This document shows positions 17,801 to 25,537 of a stretch of DNA of 40,867 nucleotides, piece after piece (the first letter of the stretch is position 1; the number at the start of each line of letters is the position of its first letter). The DNA comes from Candidatus Asbonarchaeaceae archaeon. GTDB taxonomy: Archaea > Nanohalarchaeota > Nanosalinia > Nanosalinales > Nanoanaerosalinaceae. The position numbers were made by a program, and so were the translations under genes. The notes below the pieces were generated by a model. It did not search any database. It was not told where the DNA came from and was given only the letters and a program-made list of their open reading frames with translations. The stretch spans positions 1 through 40,867 of the forward strand of contig JAXINT010000063.1 of the NCBI GenBank assembly GCA_034190605.1, in the 5' to 3' direction.

Positions 17801-18361
17801 CTAGCGCTGTGCTTCAGGTTTTCGCTCGATAACAAAGTTCTCGACTTCTGGGTCGTCCTGTAGCTGTTTGACGACGTCCTCTTTCTCCTCTTTCGGCAGG
17901 TGTTGGACGACAGTAGTAAAGTTCTGCTGAATGTACTCTTCCGACTTGTTGATGTTGATGATGTTGTCGGCTTTCTGCGTCTTCTTGTCGAGCTCGCCGA
18001 TGAGCTCGCCGATCTGGTTCGTAATCTTCAACACGTTTTTAAAGGCCTCGTTGGTGGTTTTGCCGTGGCCCTCACTTTTAAGGTCTTCAATCCATTCTCT
18101 GAGTTCTTCTTTCATCTCTGTGAGGTCGTCGAGCAGGTCTTGCTTCGTGATCTCGGTGCGTTTCTCCCTGACCTGTTTCTCCAGCTCTACCTTTTCCTGC
18201 GTGTCTTCCGCGTCGAGAAACTCTTCAACCGTTTCCTCGCGGATCGGCTTGCCCTGGTTGTACGAGAGCATGTGGCTGATCTCTGCGGCGTCGTAGCCTC
18301 TAACCGCTCTGTCGATTATGAATTTCTGGTCGTCTTCGGAAAGGCTGGCGACTCCGCTCAT
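17801..18361 (-). CDS. Putative terminase small subunit (186 aa)
   Basis: N-terminal HTH-like segment ('RGYDAAEISHMLSYNQG') followed by a long charged coiled coil. Lies upstream of terL and has its own TATA box. Confidence 0.5.
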   Translation of the reverse strand: MSGVASLSEDDQKFIIDRAVRGYDAAEISHMLSYNQGKPIREETVEEFLDAEDTQEKVELEKQVREKRTEITKQDLLDDLTEMKEELREWIEDLKSEGHGKTTNEAFKNVLKITNQIGELIGELDKKTQKADNIININKSEEYIQQNFTTVVQHLPKEEKEDVVKQLQDDPEVENFVIERKPEAQR

Positions 18362-18383
18362 ACAGGTAGATACGGTTCGGATC

Positions 18384-18393
18384 GTTTAAAAAG
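18384..18393 (-). promoter_or_regulatory. TATA box for the putative terS
   Basis: Coding-strand CTTTTTAAAC ends 23 nt upstream of the ATG at 18361. Confidence 0.5.
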
Positions 18394-18449
18394 TGGTTGG
18401 TATGTCGCCTTCGGCGAACAGCGCTAAAAGAGAAAACCGGGCCGCTCCG

Positions 18450-18737
18450 CTAACGCTCCGCTTCCTGGTACTGCGTCCTGTAGCGCTGCCAGCGCTCACG
18501 GTACTCCTCAAGCAAGACGTCGAGCACCACCATTTCCTCCGGTTCGCGGTCTTCTTTGGTTTCTAGGCGGCGGTAAATCTTGTACGGATGCAGCGGAAAC
18601 TCTTTCTCCATGTTCTCATCAAACGGCTGCCGGAGCTCGCCGTGTTCTTTGATAAGAGAGTCGAGTTCGGAGTAATAAAGGTCGTCACGGAGTTTATCGC
18701 TTTTCTCACGGTCAACTTGAAACAACTGGTCAGACAC
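18450..18737 (-). CDS. Hypothetical acidic protein (~95 aa)
   Basis: The acidic, protein-like part of track ORF 18450..18854 begins near the GTG at 18737 (VSDQLFQVDREKSDKLRDD..). TATA-like elements lie at 18751-18760 and 18775-18787. The upstream part of the track ORF is Cys/Ser/Phe-rich. The start is uncertain. Confidence 0.45.
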   Translation of the reverse strand: MSDQLFQVDREKSDKLRDDLYYSELDSLIKEHGELRQPFDENMEKEFPLHPYKIYRRLETKEDREPEEMVVLDVLLEEYRERWQRYRTQYQEAER

Positions 18738-18889
18738 GAGGTGGATCGCCTCGTATAAAGTTGCACTTGACACCAGTATAAATAACTTTGGACGAAAACA
18801 CGAAGAAGTCTCCAATCCCTGATACGCGCACACGCCGCGATTTCTGAGAAGCAAAACCGGCTAGAAATTGTGAGACGGGTAGCGATACG

Positions 18890-18922
18890 TTTCAAAAAAG
18901 AGAGGGGAACCACCCAGGGCCT
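18890..18922 (-). terminator. Oligo-T terminator closing the GC-rich gene trio
   Basis: Minus strand after the stop at 18923-18925 reads aggccctgggtggttCCCCTCTCTTTTTTGAA (T6 at 18894-18899). Confidence 0.45.
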
Positions 18923-19090
18923 TCACGCGTCGGCGATCCGGCCGCGGTCGCTGGGGGTCAGGACGGTTTCGATGTCGTCGACCGTGAGGTCTGAGAGCTC
19001 GGATGCACGGGTGCCACGTTGCAGCACCACGAGGTTCGACCCGATCTCTACGGCCGGGTACCTGGTGACAGGGTCGAGTGTCGGTTTCAT
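18923..19090 (-). CDS. Hypothetical small protein (55 aa) in the GC-rich island
   Basis: The ATG at 19090 overlaps the upstream stop (ATGA). Product is MKPTLDPVTRYPAVEIGSNLVVLQRG... The longer track version (start 19144) overlaps the upstream gene. Confidence 0.45.
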   Translation of the reverse strand: MKPTLDPVTRYPAVEIGSNLVVLQRGTRASELSDLTVDDIETVLTPSDRGRIADA

Positions 19091-19541
19091 GCTTCTGCAC
19101 CCTCGGTTGCCGTGCCCAGTTCTTCGGGTTTGTCGCTTAACCACTCGCTTTCGATCTTGTCGATAGTCGGCCGTCCATGCGAGAGTTCGTGAGGGTATGA
19201 GTTGCGGCCTCGGTTGTAGCTCTTGCCCTTGCGGTTGCGGTCGCTGTCGACTTTCTGCTTCTTGGCGTTGAGATAGACGATGTTGAGGTCGTGGCGTCTC
19301 GCGGCCTTTTCCAGGATGGTCAGGTGTTGCGTGGTGCTGACGCTGTAGCCTTCCCAGTCGCGGAATAGGATCATGTTGTCACGTATTCGGACGGCGTAGC
19401 AGGCCCGACCGTAGCCCATCACGGCGGCCGGACGGTCGCCGGTCGGCGGCTTGTAGGTCATGTTTGTACCTGAGAGCGGCCGCTGTCGGGCCTCGGTGTC
19501 GCTGCCGCATAGTCGGTTGGCCACGTCTTGGTGTGATGTCA
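19087..19541 (-). CDS. Hypothetical protein (151 aa) in the GC-rich island
   Basis: The ATG at 19541 lies directly after the stop of 19542..19955. I recognise no motif. The C-terminal half is basic. Confidence 0.55.
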
Positions 19542-19955
19542 TTACTCGCTCACCTCGCGGCCGCACATAGGGCAGAGGCCTGACTCAGTCGGTTGGTACT
19601 CCGTGACTTCGAGGTCGCATGCAGGGCACGCGTCTTTTACTCTGTAGTCTTGGCTGTACTTTTCCAAGGCTGCGGCCAGGTCTTTGTATCTGAGCTCTGC
19701 GGCTGTGCCATCGTACGCGGTACACAATACCTTAAGGAATGTGAGCTTGCTTTCTGCGTCCATTTTGTGAATGTGTCTTCCGTGTTTGAAGCGTTCGGCC
19801 CAGGTCAGTGCGTAACCGTCATCTGCTTCGGGGAATCTTTCGGCCATGAAAGCTGCGTAGCGGTCGCGTTGTAGTGCTGACCCGCTCGCATCGGCCTTGT
19901 TGTAGATTTTTCGGAACTTTTGGCGTGTTTCGTGGTCTTGTTGTGGTTCTGTCAT
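19542..19955 (-). CDS. Hypothetical protein with a C-terminal zinc ribbon (137 aa)
   Basis: 'CPACDLEVTEYQPTESGLCPMCG' forms a CxxC...CxxC ribbon. It is the first gene downstream of a class-2 promoter cassette. Confidence 0.6.
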   Translation of the reverse strand: MTEPQQDHETRQKFRKIYNKADASGSALQRDRYAAFMAERFPEADDGYALTWAERFKHGRHIHKMDAESKLTFLKVLCTAYDGTAAELRYKDLAAALEKYSQDYRVKDACPACDLEVTEYQPTESGLCPMCGREVSE

Positions 19956-19998
19956 CTTATCGACCTATAGACGTTAACGTCTCGAAGCCTTTTAAGTG
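19956..19998 (-). promoter_or_regulatory. Class-2 promoter/leader cassette (copy a)
   Basis: Coding strand: CACTTAAAAGGCTTCGAGACGTTAACGTCTATAGGTCGATAAG-ATG. It contains a TATA box, the perfect palindrome GACGTTAACGTC (19970-19981) and the TATAGGTCGATA leader. Confidence 0.6.
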
Positions 19999-20058
19999 TT
20001 TCGACATAGCGGCCGCTCCGGCTCTGGCTCGCTGAAAGCTGCCTCTCATTCGGTAGAT

Positions 20059-20079
20059 TTAGGCCTTATCAGGGCCTAA
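20059..20079. other. Inverted repeat TTAGGCC-ttatcag-GGCCTAA
   Basis: Perfect 7-bp stem with a 7-nt loop inside the 0.8-kb non-coding region. Confidence 0.6.
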
Positions 20080-20210
20080 CGACCGGTTTCTTTATAAAGT
20101 TAAAGACAAAACCGTCACTAACCGGCAGCTCAGGCCTACAACGAGGGCGTGAGAGGCACGCAGCCGTATTTAAGGCCGCCGAGCCGCCGCACAAGGCCTA
20201 AAACCCTTCT

Positions 20211-20241
20211 GTACCCACTAAAATAAGTGTACCCACTAAAA
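20211..20241 (+). repeat. Two tandem copies of GTACCCACTAAAA (18-nt period)
   Basis: gtacccactaaaa at 20211-20223 and again at 20229-20241. Related copies are GTACCCACT at 20678-20686 and GTACCCGCT at 20731-20739. All four have the same orientation. Confidence 0.8.
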
Positions 20242-20369
20242 GGCCGATTGACAGATCAAGACAAAAACTGCTAAAGTGTCAAAGGCCGCTCCACGGTCGC
20301 GCCAACATAGAAAAAACCGCTTCAGCATAGCTCCAGTCGGAAAAAATCGGGGAACGAGCAGATACCTAA

Positions 20370-20414
20370 ACACTACTTTGCTGCCTTGTAGACGGAACCG
20401 TCTCTTAGTAGTGT
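20370..20414. other. Nested inverted repeat ACACTACT..AGACGG-aa-CCGTCT..AGTAGTGT
   Basis: Outer 8-bp arms at 20370-20377 and 20407-20414. The inner 6-bp hairpin is centred on GACGGAACCGTC (20391-20402). An AT-rich tract (ctaaattaattaattactg) follows at 20438-20457. Confidence 0.7.
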
Positions 20415-20517
20415 AAAGAAAGAGAAGGTATATGTGTCTAAATTAATTAATTACTGTCCAGTAACAACGGTTTTTGGGGGTTTTCTGCATATTTTGGTGT
20501 ATATGCTTCGTCTCTCT

Positions 20518-20553
20518 CTTTATACTACTTTTTGACGGTTTTGTCCATAAGCC
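20518..20553 (+). promoter_or_regulatory. Plus-strand copy of the class-2 cassette
   Basis: CTTTATACTACTTTTTGACGGTTTTGTCCATAAGCC-ATG (ATG at 20554). It is the mirror image of the cassette at 25968..26011. The downstream 51-codon ORF (20554..20709) is basic and may not be translated. Confidence 0.4.
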
Positions 20554-20677
20554 ATGATTCTCCACGTACTCCGGTCGAGACGCTCCAGTGACGGGTTTCG
20601 GATGGTTGAAAAACCTCGAAAATCGGCGATTTCTCAGGTTCTTTATTCTGTACTGTCAGCGTCTCTCTATTCCAAGC

Positions 20678-20739
20678 GTACCCACTTCCCTATACTTTAT
20701 AAAGAATAGGCCGAAACTAAAAACAGAAGTGTACCCGCT
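20678..20739 (+). promoter_or_regulatory. Promoter of 20740..21153, flanked by GTACCCRCT sites
   Basis: GTACCCACT (20678-20686), then TATA CTTTATAAAG (20695-20704), then GTACCCGCT (20731-20739) directly before the ATG. Confidence 0.5.
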
Positions 20740-21153
20740 ATGAGCAAGGACTCGTTTACAAGACAGCTCGACCAGGTAGAGGCGCCGGAAAGCGTCAAAA
20801 AAGCACTAAAAAACCAGCAAGGAGTAAAACGGAGAATCGACCCGAAGACAGAGGCCATGCTTCAGGCGATGATGCACAGGATAGAGAAGATAGAAGAGAC
20901 CGACGGCGAGAAACTGAAGGACTTTCGCCGACGCGGCAGCGGCATCACTGCCAACCAGATAATCAACAAGGCGCTGGAGATCATGGTTACAAGCACGCAC
21001 GTCCTGTTCGATGAAGAGCGAACAGAAGAAGAGTTAACAGATGCAGAAGTGGCCTCTCACAAATTGATGGATGAAGGGAAAGAAAGCGAGTTTATAAAAG
21101 AGCATCAGATAGCTATGCTGGATGTAGCAAGCGAGGAAATAAAAGAAGATTAG
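20740..21153 (+). CDS. Putative transcription regulator (137 aa); the only plus-strand gene in this region
   Basis: Complete ATG ORF. 'GITANQIINKALEIMV' resembles the second helix of ribbon-helix-helix/CopG-like proteins (weak evidence). It is transcribed divergently from the 19955 operon, and repeated sites flank its promoter. Confidence 0.6.
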   Translation: MSKDSFTRQLDQVEAPESVKKALKNQQGVKRRIDPKTEAMLQAMMHRIEKIEETDGEKLKDFRRRGSGITANQIINKALEIMVTSTHVLFDEERTEEELTDAEVASHKLMDEGKESEFIKEHQIAMLDVASEEIKED

Positions 21154-21335
21154 AACGCGGCGCGTCTCAGCGCCACGAAAGGATCGACGGCCAGCGCCAG
21201 CTCAAAATTGATGTCGTCGATCTTCGACCTCGCCTCTTCTTTTTCTTCACTGCCGAGTAACATGTCAGCACCACCTCTGGCTCTGGTACCTGTCTTTTTC
21301 TTCCTGTCGGCCAGGTTTCTCGGGCTCGCACTCGA

Positions 21336-21476
21336 TCACGGTCTCTCACCGAACGCAACAGACGTGAGAGGCATCACGTCGTAGTTGGTTTCTTCGATGT
21401 TGTCGACTCCGAGCTCTTCGAGCACAGTTTCCTGCTTCTCTTCAGATAGGTCGCTGAAGTAAATGTCTACAGTCAT
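21336..21476 (-). CDS. Hypothetical small acidic protein (46 aa)
   Basis: The ATG overlaps the stop of 21473..22225 (ATGA). Product is MTVDIYFSDLSEEKQETVLEELGVDNIEETNYDVMPLTSVAFGERP. It is below the track's size cutoff. Confidence 0.45.
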   Translation of the reverse strand: MTVDIYFSDLSEEKQETVLEELGVDNIEETNYDVMPLTSVAFGERP

Positions 21477-22225
21477 CGGTTCGCCGACACCTCCATTCCT
21501 GAGCCTTCGACTTCTATGTCGTCGCCGCTCACGGCATCGAGCATCTCGCCGACTTTCGCGACCAGGTCGTTGTAGTCCTCGAAGTTGTCGGTGAGCTCTT
21601 CGAGGTCTCGCGTTTCGTAGTAGTTTCCTTCGTCCGAGACCTCTACCTCGAACCCAAGCTCTTCAAGCATGTCGAGCATCGCCACGACAGACATTTGGGC
21701 CTTTACGAAGTCGTTCGCGTACTGAGTTTTCGTGAAAGAGCGTCCGACCCATGTTTCTTCCCCTCTCTTCCTTCCAAGGGTCAAGATAAACGGCTCGCAT
21801 CCTTCCATGACGTAGACGGGCAGAACCATAGCCTCCCAGTCTTCGGCCACTTCCTCGTTTCCTGGCAGCGACCGCATCTTCACGCGGCCGCTGTCGTAGC
21901 CCGAAGCGTCTCGATCTTCTGGATGTTCGTCGTACCACTGGCTCTCGGACGGCATCCTGTACTGAGTGCCGTTCACTCCGGAGAGCGACGTACAGGCCGC
22001 CTTCTTATGATACTCATAGAGTGTCGGTCTGTCGTTGCTGTCGGGGCCGAGACCGTAGCCAGACTCGTTTTCGAGCGTTCCGACCTCGTACGTCAGTGGT
22101 GACGCTATCGGAGAACTCGGAGCGTCCATCCGGGTCTCGATGGCTTTATTAAAGGTTTTCAGTTTTTCTCGCAGCTCTTCGCGGCTGCCTCGGTATTTGA
22201 AGTTGTAGTGTATTGTCAGTCCCAT
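21473..22225 (-). CDS. Hypothetical protein (250 aa)
   Basis: Complete ATG ORF and first gene after class-2 cassette copy b. I recognise no motif. Confidence 0.65.
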   Translation of the reverse strand: MGLTIHYNFKYRGSREELREKLKTFNKAIETRMDAPSSPIASPLTYEVGTLENESGYGLGPDSNDRPTLYEYHKKAACTSLSGVNGTQYRMPSESQWYDEHPEDRDASGYDSGRVKMRSLPGNEEVAEDWEAMVLPVYVMEGCEPFILTLGRKRGEETWVGRSFTKTQYANDFVKAQMSVVAMLDMLEELGFEVEVSDEGNYYETRDLEELTDNFEDYNDLVAKVGEMLDAVSGDDIEVEGSGMEVSANR

Positions 22226-22267
22226 GCTATCGACCTATAGACGTTTTTGTCCTCAACCTTTATGTAC
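22226..22267 (-). promoter_or_regulatory. Class-2 promoter/leader cassette (copy b)
   Basis: Coding strand: ACATAAAGGTTGAGGACAAAAACGTCTATAGGTCGATAGC-ATG. Confidence 0.6.
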
Positions 22268-22717
22268 TTATGGACTATTCCGTCCAGAAGTGTGTTCTTT
22301 GATCGTCTCCGCTATCGACCTCTCCATGTCGCCGCGATCTCCTTCCTCTCCAGCAGAGTACAGAATCTCGTCAGTGCTGTCCGAGCTCTCTCGGAAGCTC
22401 TCAGGATCGACCACTTCTCTCAGAGCGTAGAGGTCTGTGGTCGACGTGGAAAGCTCCACCTTTCGGCTGCCCTTGTCGGTCTCGGCAGCGATCCGAACTG
22501 AGTAACCGTCAAACTCTACCTCCAGGCTGTTGAGTGTCTGGTGCTGTTCCTCAAGCTGCTCTTTCCCATGGTTCAGTTCGGCGGCCAGCTTATTCAGATC
22601 GTCTTCGAGTCGGCCATCGAAGGAGACGGTCGAAGCGTTGTGTTTCTTCACCCAGTCGTGGTTCGAGATCGAGTGCAGAAATCTCAGGATTAATCCCATC
22701 CTAACACCTCTCTGCAC
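22268..22717 (-). CDS. Hypothetical protein (143-149 aa)
   Basis: Complete ORF ending at the cassette. The start is either 22717 or the ATG at 22699. Coiled-coil-like middle region. Confidence 0.55.
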   Translation of the reverse strand: MQRGVRMGLILRFLHSISNHDWVKKHNASTVSFDGRLEDDLNKLAAELNHGKEQLEEQHQTLNSLEVEFDGYSVRIAAETDKGSRKVELSTSTTDLYALREVVDPESFRESSDSTDEILYSAGEEGDRGDMERSIAETIKEHTSGRNSP

Positions 22718-22980
22718 TCTTCGCAGTCGATTTTGTCTCTGTCGACCTCGCCGCGGCTCTTCGCTATGTCTTCCTCGACTATCAGGTCTTCCTGGCAGAG
22801 TGCCTTGAACTGGTTGAAGCCGTACTCGCGTCCTGCGTGGGTCGTCTCGTCGATTTCTACGCTGTGGTAGTATGTGGCGCAGTAGTCGCAGAACGGGTCG
22901 TAAGGCTCGCCATCGCTTTTGTGGCTCAGGTGCTCCTCTTTCGCCGCGTGGGCTTTACTCATCGCTCCTATCATCACCAC
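22690..22980 (-). CDS. Small zinc-binding protein (96 aa)
   Basis: 'CDYCATYYH' and 'CEECREVL' form Cys pairs. Confidence 0.55.
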   Translation of the reverse strand: MVMIGAMSKAHAAKEEHLSHKSDGEPYDPFCDYCATYYHSVEIDETTHAGREYGFNQFKALCQEDLIVEEDIAKSRGEVDRDKIDCEECREVLGWD

Positions 22981-23197
22981 CTTCTGTTAATAGATTGAAA
23001 ATTCCGTCTCGCAGCTTCACACCGGCTTTTACTGTCACCTCTCCACTCTTGTAGAATATGATGCCTGTTGTGGAGAGCTCCTCCTTCTCTGTGCTGTAGA
23101 GGCTGTCTTCGACGTGATCATACCAGAACGCGGCACTCATGAAGTAAAAGGTGGGTACCAGCCAGGCCAGCACCCACGGATTGCTGTCGCAGCTCAT
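22955..23197 (-). CDS. Small membrane protein (80 aa)
   Basis: The N-terminal segment 'PWVLAWLVPTFYFMSAAFWY' is hydrophobic. Confidence 0.5.
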   Translation of the reverse strand: MSCDSNPWVLAWLVPTFYFMSAAFWYDHVEDSLYSTEKEELSTTGIIFYKSGEVTVKAGVKLRDGIFNLLTEGGDDRSDE

Positions 23198-23541
23198 GCT
23201 CTGACACCGTCGAACCGTCCTGGCTCGCTCTTATCCCATAGAATCTTGACGTTATCGAAGTTCTCCTTCAGATATTCCTTCACGTCGTTGTTGATGTAGT
23301 GGACGGCGTTCTGGAAATCCCAGAAAGGCCTGTTGATTTCATAATCAATAGGCTCGAAACCTTCTTCGGTCTTTCTGAAGACTGAGACGCCGTACTGAGT
23401 GTGGTCTCGCGTGTCTCTGCTGCGTGCGAGCTCTATAACTATTTCTTCTTCTCGCGTCTCGGCCTCTCTGAGCTCTTCGATTTTTGGAGTCATAAAGTTG
23501 TAGTTGTCTTCGTGCCATTCTTTGTAGTCGTGTAGGTTCAT
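23194..23541 (-). CDS. Hypothetical protein (115 aa)
   Basis: Complete ATG ORF and first gene after class-2 cassette copy c. Confidence 0.6.
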   Translation of the reverse strand: MNLHDYKEWHEDNYNFMTPKIEELREAETREEEIVIELARSRDTRDHTQYGVSVFRKTEEGFEPIDYEINRPFWDFQNAVHYINNDVKEYLKENFDNVKILWDKSEPGRFDGVRA

Positions 23542-23585
23542 GTTATCGACCTATAGACATGTTCGTCCTTAAACCTTAAATACCT
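23542..23585 (-). promoter_or_regulatory. Class-2 promoter/leader cassette (copy c)
   Basis: Coding strand: GTCGATAGGTATTTAAGGTTTAAGGACGAACATGTCTATAGGTCGATAAC-ATG. Confidence 0.6.
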
Positions 23586-23610
23586 ATCGACACACCTGTC
23601 CACAAACTTC

Positions 23611-23655
23611 GAGAAAGGGAAAAAGAAAAGAGATACGCGTTTTAAGGCCGCGCCA
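23611..23655 (-). terminator. Hairpin plus T-rich terminator
   Basis: Minus strand after the stop at 23661 reads GGCGCGgccttaaaaCGCGtATCTCTTTTCTTTTTCCCTTTCTC. Confidence 0.5.
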
Positions 23656-23660
23656 GCCCT

Positions 23661-23921
23661 TCAATAATGCTTCACTCCGACCTTGTATTTCAGCTTGACG
23701 TGTGGGCCATAACGCGACGACAAGCCTCGGCCGCTCTTCACCACGACCTGTGTGTAAAGCCTCATCTTCCAGATCGTGAGCTCCGCGGACATCCAAGCAT
23801 CGTTCTCGTTCCTGACTAGCTTCAGGACGCCTCCGAGCGGCCCTACTTTGCTGCTATACTTCTCCACTGTTTCTCCACACCTCTTCTTCTTTAAGGCGGG
23901 CAACCTCATCGTAGTTTTCAA
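23661..23921 (-). CDS. Small basic protein (68-86 aa)
   Basis: Track ORF. A GTG at 23867 (VEKYSSKVGPLGG..) would remove the overlap with the 53-codon ORF upstream, so the start is uncertain. Confidence 0.45.
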   Translation of the reverse strand: MKTTMRLPALKKKRCGETVEKYSSKVGPLGGVLKLVRNENDAWMSAELTIWKMRLYTQVVVKSGRGLSSRYGPHVKLKYKVGVKHY

Positions 23922-24015
23922 GCGCCGCCTCCACGATTTCTTCTTCTGAGGCTGCGGAGAGCGAGACGACTGTTCCGGTGCCGTCGTCGTTCCTGAAGTG
24001 GTAGAGCGTTGTCAC
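23854..24015 (-). CDS. Hypothetical small acidic protein (53 aa)
   Basis: The GTG start overlaps the upstream stop (GTGA). Product is VTTLYHFRNDDGTGTVVSLSAASEEEIVEAALENYDEVARLKEEE... It fills an otherwise empty gap in a tightly packed operon. Confidence 0.35.
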   Translation of the reverse strand: MTTLYHFRNDDGTGTVVSLSAASEEEIVEAALENYDEVARLKEEEVWRNSGEV

Positions 24016-24134
24016 TGTTTCCACCTTTTAAGCCGCGGCAGCAGGTCGTCTGCCAGCGCCGACTTCTCTTCTTCCGTCAGGTTTTTGTCGGCGTTTTCAA
24101 CCGCCTGTATCAGCTTCAGTCGTGCTTCATTCAT
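24012..24134 (-). CDS. Hypothetical small protein (40 aa)
   Basis: The ATG at 24134 overlaps the end of 24127..24375. Product is MNEARLKLIQAVENADKNLTEEEKSALADDLLPRLKRWKQ. Confidence 0.35.
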   Translation of the reverse strand: MNEARLKLIQAVENADKNLTEEEKSALADDLLPRLKRWKQ

Positions 24135-24375
24135 TCTTGAACACCTCCTCGTAGCTCTCAACTAATCGGCCTATGAAGTACAGCGGAACTGCTGCGCATA
24201 TAACTAGCACGTTTACAGGCCAAGCCGCAACAGCTATCACGAAATAAAGACCGCGGATCACCGTATCTACCCTGTCCTCTTTGTAAGGCCAGTTGTAGAG
24301 GTCGAAGTAAATCCTCATGGCATCGTAGACGACTATGCCGATAGCTGCATAAGCTATAGCGTACGAGACATTCAT
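24127..24375 (-). CDS. Small membrane protein (82 aa, 2-3 TM segments)
   Basis: Hydrophobic segments 'YAIAYAAIGIVVY' and 'LYFVIAVAAWPVNVLVICAAVPLYFI'. Confidence 0.55.
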   Translation of the reverse strand: MNVSYAIAYAAIGIVVYDAMRIYFDLYNWPYKEDRVDTVIRGLYFVIAVAAWPVNVLVICAAVPLYFIGRLVESYEEVFKNE

Positions 24376-24587
24376 TCTTCATCCCTCCAGTCTGAGTTCA
24401 TCTCTGGGTCGACCATGACCAGCACCAGAGAGCTCTCCCAGGTTTCCAGGATTTCGAGCGGTTCCTCGCAGACGGGGCAGACCTGTAATTGGTCGGTTAT
24501 GACGCCTTCGTCAGCGATTCCTTCGACGTGGTTTTTCGGGCACTCGTAGTAGCAGAGTTTGACCGGCGGCTCAAGCGATTCGTGCAT
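24372..24587 (-). CDS. Small zinc-ribbon protein (71 aa)
   Basis: 'CYYECPKNH...CPVCEE'. ATGA-type overlaps on both sides. Confidence 0.5.
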   Translation of the reverse strand: MHESLEPPVKLCYYECPKNHVEGIADEGVITDQLQVCPVCEEPLEILETWESSLVLVMVDPEMNSDWRDEE

Positions 24588-24922
24588 TATTGCTTCACCC
24601 TTTCTGGCCTGTAATAGATACTAAAAGTTAAGACGACTCTGAAAGGCTCGTAACTTCGTCTCAATATGGCGTAGTCAGGCATTATTACATCTGGCGTGGC
24701 TGATTCTAGCTCAGAAATTGCTTCTTCCATACTTTGCCTCTCTATATTCGCTACACCTTTTATTCCGAAGTGAACGTGTCGAGATTCATCGTCGCCAGAG
24801 TATCCTAAAAGTCTGAGCCCGTCGCAACACGATTCTACTAATTCAGCGACTTTTTCATTTTTTATTGTGTCTACACACAGCTCTTCACGAACTCTGTTTT
24901 CTAGATTCTCTTTTTTCGTCAT
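24587..24922 (-). CDS. Hypothetical protein (111 aa)
   Basis: Complete ORF, translationally coupled to its neighbours. Confidence 0.55.
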   Translation of the reverse strand: MTKKENLENRVREELCVDTIKNEKVAELVESCCDGLRLLGYSGDDESRHVHFGIKGVANIERQSMEEAISELESATPDVIMPDYAILRRSYEPFRVVLTFSIYYRPERVKQ

Positions 24923-25224
24923 TCTTCCACCTGTATGTCGATTTGATCCTGCTGCCGCAACGCTTGGACGACCTTGTCGCGAGCCTTGGCGCCGAGCTGC
25001 TTCGTTGTCTCTTCGATGACGTCTATGACTTCGTCGTTGATCTCGCCGTCTTCGTCGACTAATTGTTTGTGGTTGTCTAGGGTGCCGCTGGCTACGAAGA
25101 CTTGTGCGGTCGCTGATTCGTAGTCTCCGAGGTTGAGTTTTCTCTCCATTTTGACGGAGACGAGCGGTGCTTTGCGTTCGTCCTCGAATGAGACATCAGC
25201 TTCTATATCGTCTTCTTCACTCAT
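24919..25224 (-). CDS. Hypothetical acidic protein (101 aa)
   Basis: Complete ORF, translationally coupled to its neighbours. Confidence 0.55.
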   Translation of the reverse strand: MSEEDDIEADVSFEDERKAPLVSVKMERKLNLGDYESATAQVFVASGTLDNHKQLVDEDGEINDEVIDVIEETTKQLGAKARDKVVQALRQQDQIDIQVEE

Positions 25225-25537
25225 TTCTAACCACTACTCCGAATGAGATGTAGGCTGCGTAAGGGGGTTTGTGTTGTCTGAAAATGTGAAATTCTGGCTT
25301 GATGTTTTTTGAGGTCTCTATGTTTATTCGCTGCTTGATTTCTCTGATTTTTGACTCGTATAGCTCCACAGTCTGTTTGAAGTGGAATTCGGAGTGTCTT
25401 CTTTCAGAGTCTTGGGTTCTCCTAAAGAGCTCTAACTCGTTCTTTGTCTCTTCTCGCACTATTTCCTCTATCCGTTCATGAGTTATTGTCTCTTCAGAAA
25501 GTTCGTCCGTATGATCTGTCTCTACTTCTTCACTCAT
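25217..25537 (-). CDS. Hypothetical protein (106 aa)
   Basis: Complete ORF, translationally coupled to its neighbours. Confidence 0.55.
   Translation of the reverse strand: MSEEVETDHTDELSEETITHERIEEIVREETKNELELFRRTQDSERRHSEFHFKQTVELYESKIREIKQRINIETSKNIKPEFHIFRQHKPPYAAYISFGVVVRNE

Noticed and set aside
18563-19166. Alternative-frame ORFs 18563..18913, 18861..19100 (-) and 18870..19166 (+)
   Set aside because: They overlap the preferred coupled ORFs and the oligo-T terminator. Their products are Arg-rich, typical of out-of-frame reading in GC-rich DNA.
20211-20241. GTACCCACTAAAA repeats as a CRISPR-like array
   Set aside because: There are only two tandem copies with a 5-nt spacer, the unit is 13 nt, and no cas genes are present. 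They fit operator or iteron sites better.
21167-21358. 63-aa minus ORF (Arg/Lys-rich) downstream of 21473..22225
   Set aside because: Its composition is implausible. The same interval is covered better by the coupled 46-aa acidic ORF (21336..21476), with a possible 37-codon ORF after it.
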